The notes below the pieces were generated by a model, which was not told the DNA's origin, ran no database searches, and worked only from the letters and a program-made list of their open reading frames with translations. Shown here piece after piece: positions 38,507 to 45,915 of a stretch of DNA of 64,000 nucleotides. Position 1 is the first letter of the stretch, and every line of letters begins with the position of its first letter. The stretch lies in sequence record MN871451.1; one strand, given 5' to 3'. A program made the translations under genes and the position numbers.

Positions 38507-39238
38507 ATGCAACCATCCAGTCTGCTCAACGGCATCAAGGGTCTCAACGCCAGTGAAACCCAACGCCTAGTTGCTTTAGCACAGGCGGTGAAGGAAACCA
38601 TCGAAGGAGTGATTGTCCCGGGTCAAGTCTTCGTGTACGGCGTCCATGCTATCGGTGAAAAGTATCAACTCGAAAACGTGGAAATCGTCATCGACCCGAG
38701 CGTTGAAACGTATCGCGTTGAAGGAAATGTCCTTTATCTGAATGCGCCGATCGATAACCCGGATGCATTGACCTATCTTTCCCTGACCGAAGGGATCGGG
38801 TATTACCTGAAACCGGAAACGAAATTCCGCGAAGAAGCGCGTACTGCCGGTACTAATTGGGTGACCAGTTACAGTAATGAGCTGTATAAAATCTACCTCA
38901 GTAATGAAGACAAGCGGAGTGAATTACTGACGTCGCTGGCAAAAGAGTTTTACTTCCTCCTGAAGAACGCTCACCCGTTACTCGTTGATCACTATAACGA
39001 AGCAGACAGCTTTGTGAGCGACTTTGTAACAGAAGGGGTAAAAGCTACTGATCTTTACGCTGCGATTCATCAGGGGCTGTTTAAGGTGTTATTCGACGAC
39101 AGTAACGCCACGACGTTTGGTAACATCTACCAAACTATTATCCGTTCCGATAACAGCACCGGTCAATACACGAAGCCTACCTCGGCAGAATTCATGACCG
39201 GGTATCTGTTTGAATGTCTCGGTGCCATTTCAAACTAA
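38507..39238 (+). CDS. Hypothetical protein
   Basis: 243 aa, GAGGTG RBS. Confidence 0.72.
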   Translation: MQPSSLLNGIKGLNASETQRLVALAQAVKETIEGVIVPGQVFVYGVHAIGEKYQLENVEIVIDPSVETYRVEGNVLYLNAPIDNPDALTYLSLTEGIGYYLKPETKFREEARTAGTNWVTSYSNELYKIYLSNEDKRSELLTSLAKEFYFLLKNAHPLLVDHYNEADSFVSDFVTEGVKATDLYAAIHQGLFKVLFDDSNATTFGNIYQTIIRSDNSTGQYTKPTSAEFMTGYLFECLGAISN

Positions 39239-39247
39239 TTTAACATC

Positions 39248-39262
39248 TATATCACTCTATTG
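39248..39262 (+). promoter_or_regulatory. Putative early promoter TATATCAC
   Basis: TATATCACTCTATTG heading a cluster of small genes. Confidence 0.55.
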
Positions 39263-39389
39263 AAATAAGGTAGAGAAATCTACCTTTCAAAGTTCTCATC
39301 GCGCCGAATTGATCATCGGTCGATAGTGAAGTAGTAGAACTGCAGTTCTTATTAATCTCATCGAAACACACTCAATTGAGGAAATACAA

Positions 39390-39851
39390 ATGTCAGATGT
39401 AAAAGAAAAGAAAGAAACCGTACTGGAAATTTCTAAAGAGGTACTGGACCTTTCCGCTAAAATCGGCGACAGCATTTTCGTCTCAGAGCACGGAACTATC
39501 TCGCAGAAAGAAGGCGTAGACTGTTTCATGGACAACGCGCCGGCGGATATCAAAGACAAGATCGAAGCGGTTCAGGAATATGAAAGCCTGTTCGCTACCG
39601 CGCTGCTGCATAACGCCGGCCCTAAGGCCATCGATCACCTGAAAACTCATCGCGACACCAAACGCGTCTGGGGTGTTATCCAGACAGGTAAAACAGGCGT
39701 TGCGGTTAACTATACTCCGCCGACCGGTAAAAAGGCTGACGGCACCATGAAAGACCCGTCGGTGACCGTGGCGTATCGCCGTAAAGAACGCGATGACCAT
39801 GTCGCGGTTCGCCGTATGATCGAATCCAAAACTTCCGAACTGTCCGATTAA
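39390..39851 (+). CDS. Hypothetical protein (probable early, highly expressed)
   Basis: 153 aa, GAGG RBS, own terminator. Confidence 0.75.
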   Translation: MSDVKEKKETVLEISKEVLDLSAKIGDSIFVSEHGTISQKEGVDCFMDNAPADIKDKIEAVQEYESLFATALLHNAGPKAIDHLKTHRDTKRVWGVIQTGKTGVAVNYTPPTGKKADGTMKDPSVTVAYRRKERDDHVAVRRMIESKTSELSD

Positions 39852-39874
39852 TTTCGGCGGTCAGGTAGTTTAAT

Positions 39875-39899
39875 AAAGCGGGGAAATCCCCCGCTTTTT
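39875..39899 (+). terminator. Intrinsic terminator
   Basis: AAAGCGGGG-aaatc-CCCCGCTTT plus a T run. Confidence 0.8.
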
Positions 39900-39927
39900 C
39901 TTTTCTTTCAATTAGGTTAATTATCAA

Positions 39928-40479
39928 ATGGAAAACACCGTTGTAAACGAAGCAATCTCTGCTGCCGCAACTATTGACAGCGAAATGAAACAGGAAGTCC
40001 TGAAGGATTTCAAACACGAAGACTTCGTGCTGGTTGATTCCTCTTACCCGGAAATCATCAAAGACGGCGAAATCCCGCTGAGCAAAGAAGAGATCATCGC
40101 CAAACACGAAGATTACGTTGATCGTATCTCCAAGATGTCTCTGACTCATTCGCTGTTCATCGGTTTGGGCTTCGATGTCCCTAAAGGTCACGCATTGTCA
40201 ATCCATGCCGTTAACCGTTATCTGGAATCAACCAGCGGCCAGATCAAATACCGTAACGTGACGGAAACGGAATCTGATGAAGCGGAATGCTGGGAATTCA
40301 CTGTCCTGCATCCGGCGTGCGAATACAAATTCCTCGAAACCGATTTCTGGTTAGCCGGTCTGCGTGCCCTCCATTTCCTGGTGACGCGCCACGACCCAGA
40401 CCTGACCGAGTACGTTAATCGTAAGACCGCGGCAGTAGCGGGTCTCGACGACGCCTGGCTGAAACAGGTCAGAGCGTAA
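39928..40479 (+). CDS. Hypothetical protein
   Basis: 183 aa acidic ORF followed by a terminator. Confidence 0.75.
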   Translation: MENTVVNEAISAAATIDSEMKQEVLKDFKHEDFVLVDSSYPEIIKDGEIPLSKEEIIAKHEDYVDRISKMSLTHSLFIGLGFDVPKGHALSIHAVNRYLESTSGQIKYRNVTETESDEAECWEFTVLHPACEYKFLETDFWLAGLRALHFLVTRHDPDLTEYVNRKTAAVAGLDDAWLKQVRA

Positions 40480-40484
40480 ATACC

Positions 40485-40515
40485 AAGAGAGGCGCTGGCC
40501 TCTCTTTCTTTTATT
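40485..40515 (+). terminator. Intrinsic terminator, near-copy of the one at 37421
   Basis: AAGAGAGGC-gctg-GCCTCTCTT plus TCTTTATTT. Confidence 0.8.
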
Positions 40516-40532
40516 TTTCGAAGAGAGAAACT

Positions 40533-41054
40533 ATGCGCCTCAAAGTCAGTAAATTGTCCTTTCTGAAAGCCGTAGAAGACCTGGCAAAATATCGAATTGA
40601 CACCACCACCTTCGGTAGACGTGTAGGTGAAACGACGCGTGCGACCACGGATATAACGTATAAACGCATCGGGTCTAAACTGATCATTGAATATCTGGGA
40701 ATGAATGCGAGGGAGTATCGTTGCCGGGGATTCCGTTTATCGCTTCAACTCGGTGTCCCGGTTCAGATCACCAGTCTCGAAGCATTAAAAATTGATATCA
40801 CGGAATTTTATCGACTCTTCAAAAAACTGAGACTGGATACGTTTAAGCACGCATTTCAACGTTATGTACTCTGGACTTTCCTGGACGTTTACGGTACCCG
40901 GCACTACGTATTGCATTTAATGTACGCCACCGAGAGAGACCCAGAGTTTTATCCGCTAACCCTCAACGAAGATTACGCATCAAGATACCCAGTTGAAGGG
41001 AACATCGAAAAACGCAGTCGGCGTTTTCTGGAATGGTTAAACTTCTATGCTTAG
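40533..41054 (+). CDS. Hypothetical basic protein
   Basis: 173 aa; ends in the hairpin GCTTAGGTC-gttt-GACCTAAGC (41049-41070). Confidence 0.7.
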   Translation: MRLKVSKLSFLKAVEDLAKYRIDTTTFGRRVGETTRATTDITYKRIGSKLIIEYLGMNAREYRCRGFRLSLQLGVPVQITSLEALKIDITEFYRLFKKLRLDTFKHAFQRYVLWTFLDVYGTRHYVLHLMYATERDPEFYPLTLNEDYASRYPVEGNIEKRSRRFLEWLNFYA

Positions 41055-41120
41055 GTCGTTTGACCTAAGCAGGTTAATCGTCTCATTGTTTTTTTTTTGG
41101 TTTCATTGAACGGAGGAGAG

Positions 41121-41507
41121 ATGTTTCGTTCATTCAAGCAACTCGAAGTATGGACAGGCAGAATACCTGATTGGCGAGTTTGGGAAGGATTGGATATTGT
41201 CTTTGTCGATACCACGTTAAAAAGCGGAATAAAAGACTTTGCGCCCACCCCAGAATTACTCTGGCCATTTAAGCAAGGTATTGTCAGTGAAGCGGAATAC
41301 GTTGATATCTATTACCGGTTGACCCGTGAACGGTTTATCAAAAATCCGGAACCGTGGCTGTGGTTGATTAATCAGGAACGAATTTGTTTAGCTTGCTATT
41401 GTAAACACGACTGCTTCTGTCATCGTCACCTCTTAAAAGATATCCTAGAAAAACTCTGTAGAAAAGAAAGAATTCGATTTATTGATCGTGGCGAGCCGAT
41501 TTGGTGA
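41121..41507 (+). CDS. DUF488-family protein
   Basis: GGAGG RBS before ATG 41121; FAPTPELL---K-G-----EY...LACYC----FCHRHLL is typical of DUF488. Confidence 0.72.
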   Translation: MFRSFKQLEVWTGRIPDWRVWEGLDIVFVDTTLKSGIKDFAPTPELLWPFKQGIVSEAEYVDIYYRLTRERFIKNPEPWLWLINQERICLACYCKHDCFCHRHLLKDILEKLCRKERIRFIDRGEPIW

Positions 41508-41556
41508 TAGCACGCATTACTGTGTAAGCTTACAAAATTAAGATGGAGTATACACA

Positions 41557-42123
41557 ATGTACGTCGATTTATTCGGTCGTCCCAAATACGAGATTCTCGC
41601 TGATCTGATCAGTCAGCAGAATAACCTCACTACGCCGCTCAACGCCAGCTACCTGAGCTTTGGTAACATCACTGGTTCTACGGTACCGGGCACAGAAGAT
41701 CGTGTCTCCGTGCTCGTTACAGGCCGTTCTCCGGTAACCGGGAGTAAGACCTTTACTTACACCCGTATCGAACTGAACAAACTGATGGCGTCGGTTGGCC
41801 CTACGTTAGTCCTGCCGGAAACAGCATCGACAATCGCTGATCTTTTACCGCTGATCAAAGCTAAATACAGTCTCTATATTGACGTTGAAGATATTGCGAA
41901 TGCGGACGATTACCTGCCGTTCATTCCGTCCGGAGAAACCGCGGTTGTGACCATCCAGACCAAAGCTGGTACGACTTATAATAGTCACGTCTGGTCAGGT
42001 AACCTTGACGTCACGTGTAGTGGCGGTAGTAAGATTCCTCGTGGTTCTCTGCTTACCGAATCTGGTAAAGCGATTAACACCGAAGACAGCAAATTCATTC
42101 TGGTTGAACAAACCGGGAATTAA
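41557..42123 (+). CDS. Putative virion/tail-fibre-associated protein
   Basis: 188 aa, GGAG RBS, beta-rich; ends in LLTESGKAINTEDSKFILVE. Confidence 0.6.
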   Translation: MYVDLFGRPKYEILADLISQQNNLTTPLNASYLSFGNITGSTVPGTEDRVSVLVTGRSPVTGSKTFTYTRIELNKLMASVGPTLVLPETASTIADLLPLIKAKYSLYIDVEDIANADDYLPFIPSGETAVVTIQTKAGTTYNSHVWSGNLDVTCSGGSKIPRGSLLTESGKAINTEDSKFILVEQTGN

Positions 42124-42129
42124 GCGAAT

Positions 42130-42161
42130 AGGAGAGAGGGAGCAAATGCTCCCTCTCTCCT
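42130..42161. terminator. Bidirectional terminator hairpin
   Basis: AGGAGAGAGGGAGC-aaat-GCTCCCTCTCTCCT between convergent genes. Confidence 0.78.
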
Positions 42162-42171
42162 CATTTATGTT

Positions 42172-43833
42172 TTACTGGACGATTCCGATATTATTACCAA
42201 TTTTACCATCAAAATCCGGCGAAACTCCCGTTGTACCGTTACCGATACAAGGACTATTCATTTTGACTTTAATATTGAGTAAAGCTTCTTTTAATCCGCT
42301 GAAAGCGCTATTAGACAAACCATTGATGAACGCTGGGTTGCTGAATAGATTACTTTCTTCCAGAAATCCTGTGGAAGTGGGTTGTACACCATTCCATTTT
42401 TCAGAATAGAAGACATTATTTTTGAGTTTAAATTTACCTAATAACCCTGGGAAACCGGACACCGTACTACCTACCACAAGTTCCGTAGCTGTTTTATTGG
42501 TGTAATAAAAAATGTTGCTATCAAGCGTCAAACTGAGTGCCGTTGCATTGTCATCGGCCTGCGGGTTTATAGCTATCGCATTATCGTTACTTGTAGTGAC
42601 CGTATCAATGAACACACAGTTCCGTACAACATTATCATAGACGTAGCGAAACGCAGAGGTTTTTTGCCAAAATTTATCTGCTGTATTGGTGGTTCTCGCT
42701 ACTCCATCGTTAAATGAAATCACATATTCGATGACGTTACCGATCGACCCAAAACCAAGCGTATAGTACAAAGTATACGCATCATTGGACAATGGCGTGT
42801 ACCCTTTAGAACTGTACCAGCTGTTACTGAAAGGTCCTTGGATAATCATTGAACCGCGGGCGTTGTTTGAAGTATATCCATAACGCGCCACGCAATAGTG
42901 ACAATGATAATCGAAGTCAATAGTTTGACGGTCAGGGTAAGCCGGGCCGGCGCCGTGGATTTCGAAATTCTGTAATGTCAGATAACGTGTTCCAGAGAAC
43001 CAAACCGGGACATCGGCTTGAGACGCACCTGTTGCGGTATTGTACACGTTGTAACGGTAACTGGAATAGTACAGTCCGTCCACACCCGTCGCCATGTCGT
43101 CGCCAATGACATTCCGCGATTGATTTTTACTCGCTGCCCAACCAATGAACACCGCCGAGTTAATGATGTTCGTAAACGAACAGTTGATCACCCTAAAACC
43201 ATAACTTTTCTTCTGGTCACCGTGATAAGTCGTTTTGTCCGAGAGATCTGGGTTACCTCTCAATTGTACACCGGCATTCACGTTGTCGAACGTACAGTTA
43301 CTGATTAAGAGTTTATGGGCAATGTTATTAAGCCCGGCATAATCGACCAAACTGTTCAAACAGAACACCCGATTGATTCCGTTCATCCCCCCTAACGACT
43401 CAGGTGTACCAATAAAGTCAACTTTGTTTAAGGTTAAGTTACAAATATTGTTATTGGCACTATCGCCGATTGGAATCAGGTTAAGGTAAATGGCGGTTCT
43501 TTCTGATCCAGGTTTCGGGGAAATACGAATGTCTTCAAACTTTATTTGGCACGCGTACGCATCAATGATAATCGTATCGTTATTACTGGTGAGTATTGGT
43601 TTGGCGCCCGCACCGTATCTAGTAATAACAGACTGTATACCAGTCTTATTATTAAAGAAACTGGTTGCGGTACGGTTGTAATATGCCAGTTCGTAAGTTT
43701 GCCCTGCTTTAAGGTATAGCGTTAGCGGGTGGACTAGGTTGGCGTCAATCGCTGACTGAATCGAATTAAAGGGATTGCTTTTCGTCCCGGTCCCATTAAC
43801 TGTAGCGGACGAATCAATGTAATAGTAGTTCAT
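42172..43833 (-). CDS. Right-handed beta-helix (pectin-lyase-like) putative depolymerase, no anchor domain
   Basis: YYIDSS----GTGT--NPF-SIQ-AI...YLKAG-TY N-cap, then repeats such as ISNCTFDN, INCSFTN, VRNCVF; GAGG RBS before ATG 43833. Confidence 0.72.
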   Translation of the reverse strand: MNYYYIDSSATVNGTGTKSNPFNSIQSAIDANLVHPLTLYLKAGQTYELAYYNRTATSFFNNKTGIQSVITRYGAGAKPILTSNNDTIIIDAYACQIKFEDIRISPKPGSERTAIYLNLIPIGDSANNNICNLTLNKVDFIGTPESLGGMNGINRVFCLNSLVDYAGLNNIAHKLLISNCTFDNVNAGVQLRGNPDLSDKTTYHGDQKKSYGFRVINCSFTNIINSAVFIGWAASKNQSRNVIGDDMATGVDGLYYSSYRYNVYNTATGASQADVPVWFSGTRYLTLQNFEIHGAGPAYPDRQTIDFDYHCHYCVARYGYTSNNARGSMIIQGPFSNSWYSSKGYTPLSNDAYTLYYTLGFGSIGNVIEYVISFNDGVARTTNTADKFWQKTSAFRYVYDNVVRNCVFIDTVTTSNDNAIAINPQADDNATALSLTLDSNIFYYTNKTATELVVGSTVSGFPGLLGKFKLKNNVFYSEKWNGVQPTSTGFLEESNLFSNPAFINGLSNSAFSGLKEALLNIKVKMNSPCIGNGTTGVSPDFDGKIGNNIGIVQ

Positions 43834-43844
43834 TTTTACCTCAA

Positions 43845-45839
43845 TCAACTGAGCGTAGTGTGGATATCGATCCAGGTATCATTCGGGATATCTACATAAT
43901 CTCCCAACGCTGTCGTGACCGCACCGGTGGTAGTATCAGCGGTGTAAAGAATTTTTCTCACGCCGATAGTAATGACTTTGGAAACGTCCGATTCGATTAC
44001 CGCTACCAGGTTTTGAATACCCGAGCCAAAGGACCCAAATGGAGGTGTGATTTTCCAGGCCACCGAAGAAGTCCCTGTGGAGGCCCCTGTGATCGTATAT
44101 TTCCCTGTCGATACTCGAGCAGCTGTCACTGTTCCTAGTCCAGCGTAGCCACGGTTGATAGCAGATAAAGTATCGTTAGCGGAGAACTCTCCCGAGGTGA
44201 CGAATGACCCGCGAGTGTTGGCTGAAAGATTATTCGTTAATCGAATCACTGCTCCGCGTGTCTGAGCATACGTCCCATTGTTGAGCTGAACAGCGACGTT
44301 GGTAGTCAGCGACTCCGTAACGGGGAGGTACACGATCCCGGAGGGCTCAGTCGTAACATAGCTGTTTAATACAGTATTGATGGTTACTTTCGCGACGCCA
44401 TCGGAACCAGGCGGGTCAGCACGTAAGGGAATAAGGGAAGAGTTCTCAGAACGAACCGCTAAGCGCGCATAAAGCGTTGAAGTGTTGGCCGTCGCATCTC
44501 GCACCACTCCAAAACGTACCGTTCCTGAACTGTAACGCAGATCTCCTCGAGAACGAAGTGACGTAATTCTAAGGTAGTAACGCAGTGTGTTTGCGTTGAC
44601 GGTAGTCACATTCGAGGGTTTCGATTGGAATTCAATCAAGTAAGCGCATACAGCTTCCGATAAACCCGCACCCCCAGAATAAATACCGCTGAATACCGAG
44701 CCTTGAATATTGTCATTGACCGTCACCAATTTAACCCAAGACTCCGTGCTGAGCCAATCGGTTGGGTTAGTAGAAGAATTCAATAAAGCACTTGGTAAAA
44801 GGTCGGCTGTAACAATCTCTTTAGCTACGCGTTTTACGGCATCGGGAAAAGGCGCAGCAAAGTTTGTATACAGCCCGGGACCTGCTAAATAGGCTTTCAC
44901 TGAACCATCTGCTTGGGGTAGAAAAATAATAGACGAAGAGAGAGTATCGTCTTCCGCGCCGCTGACCGGAAAGCGAGTGATGCTTCCTAACCGCGACCCG
45001 GCACCATAACCGTAAGGCTCCGTTACAGGGATAGCCATTCTGGCCGCCGTCATGACACCATTTTTAATCGCATAGGTCTGGAGACGACCTCTCTGATCAA
45101 TAACCAACGCGCCTTTGTTATTCTTACCGCCAAAAACAATACCTGCAATCCCTTTTGGGTCGTTTGGTCTAGCTGTCAGATCAAATTGTCCGTTGGTTTT
45201 AATTCTTTCCCAGAAATCAATAGTCTCGCTTCTTACGTCAACTGGGAGAGTACCGCCCGTTAATAGTTGCGACCAACCGTCTGCTAGTGTAACGTTATTC
45301 CCTGAGGAATCCGTCACCACAAGGTTGTCGCCGCTCTGTGCCCAATGGTCAACAGTGAGAGCAGAATTGTTGCTGAAATAAAAACGGAGCGATGTAGTGT
45401 CGATGACTACCATGATCCCCGAGAGCACTAACCCTTTCTTTAAAACGACTATATTATCGCTTCCGAACCCCGCGTTCTGACAGAGCCCGCTAACAAACCC
45501 ACGATAAACACTCCCAATAATTTTACTGTAAACAACGTTATTGATCTGCTTACCGTCCTTATCGAGAAGCGATGTATAGGTCCCACCCCCTTGATTGAGA
45601 TACCCGTTAACAAATGACCGAGTATCGTCGGTGTAAACGAAGAAGGGTTCGTTCTTTTCTGTCCCAGCTAATCCTAATTCGATAGTGTCAAAGGCACTTT
45701 CGAAATTTAATACCGAGCGCAACGAAGAAAGAGTGATCTGGTTTGTTTCGGTAGGAACCGTCACTATAGGGACCATTGAGTTCTCAGGGACGCTAGCCGC
45801 ACTCCCTAATTCCGAAATTTTTTGAGTATCATTAGACAT
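43845..45839 (-). CDS. Tail fibre with KISEL anchor and non-enzymatic receptor-binding tip
   Basis: Shared N-terminal anchor; C-terminal R-STGKYTITG...W-I--P...DIP--TWIDI resembles enterobacterial phage fibre tips. Confidence 0.75.
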   Translation of the reverse strand: MSNDTQKISELGSAASVPENSMVPIVTVPTETNQITLSSLRSVLNFESAFDTIELGLAGTEKNEPFFVYTDDTRSFVNGYLNQGGGTYTSLLDKDGKQINNVVYSKIIGSVYRGFVSGLCQNAGFGSDNIVVLKKGLVLSGIMVVIDTTSLRFYFSNNSALTVDHWAQSGDNLVVTDSSGNNVTLADGWSQLLTGGTLPVDVRSETIDFWERIKTNGQFDLTARPNDPKGIAGIVFGGKNNKGALVIDQRGRLQTYAIKNGVMTAARMAIPVTEPYGYGAGSRLGSITRFPVSGAEDDTLSSSIIFLPQADGSVKAYLAGPGLYTNFAAPFPDAVKRVAKEIVTADLLPSALLNSSTNPTDWLSTESWVKLVTVNDNIQGSVFSGIYSGGAGLSEAVCAYLIEFQSKPSNVTTVNANTLRYYLRITSLRSRGDLRYSSGTVRFGVVRDATANTSTLYARLAVRSENSSLIPLRADPPGSDGVAKVTINTVLNSYVTTEPSGIVYLPVTESLTTNVAVQLNNGTYAQTRGAVIRLTNNLSANTRGSFVTSGEFSANDTLSAINRGYAGLGTVTAARVSTGKYTITGASTGTSSVAWKITPPFGSFGSGIQNLVAVIESDVSKVITIGVRKILYTADTTTGAVTTALGDYVDIPNDTWIDIHTTLS

Positions 45840-45865
45840 ATTTGTTTTCCTGAAGAAAGCTAACT

Positions 45866-45910
45866 GGTCATACGAAACACAAAAGAGAGGAGGGATTAAA
45901 ACCCCTCCTC
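45866..45910 (-). promoter_or_regulatory. Hairpin plus TGTTTCGTATGACC late-promoter module
   Basis: GGTCATACGAAACA at 45866-45879 on +; stem GAGGAGGG/CCCTCCTC at 45887-45910. Confidence 0.65.
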
Positions 45911-45915
45911 GTGTT

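Noticed and set aside
39706-40191. 161-aa minus-strand ORF
   Set aside because: Overlaps two well-formed plus-strand genes and the terminator between them.
41051-41248. 65-aa minus-strand ORF and a 10-T run (41089-41098) as a phase-variation site
   Set aside because: The ORF is antisense to the DUF488 gene; the T run is intergenic after a hairpin and fits a terminator tail.
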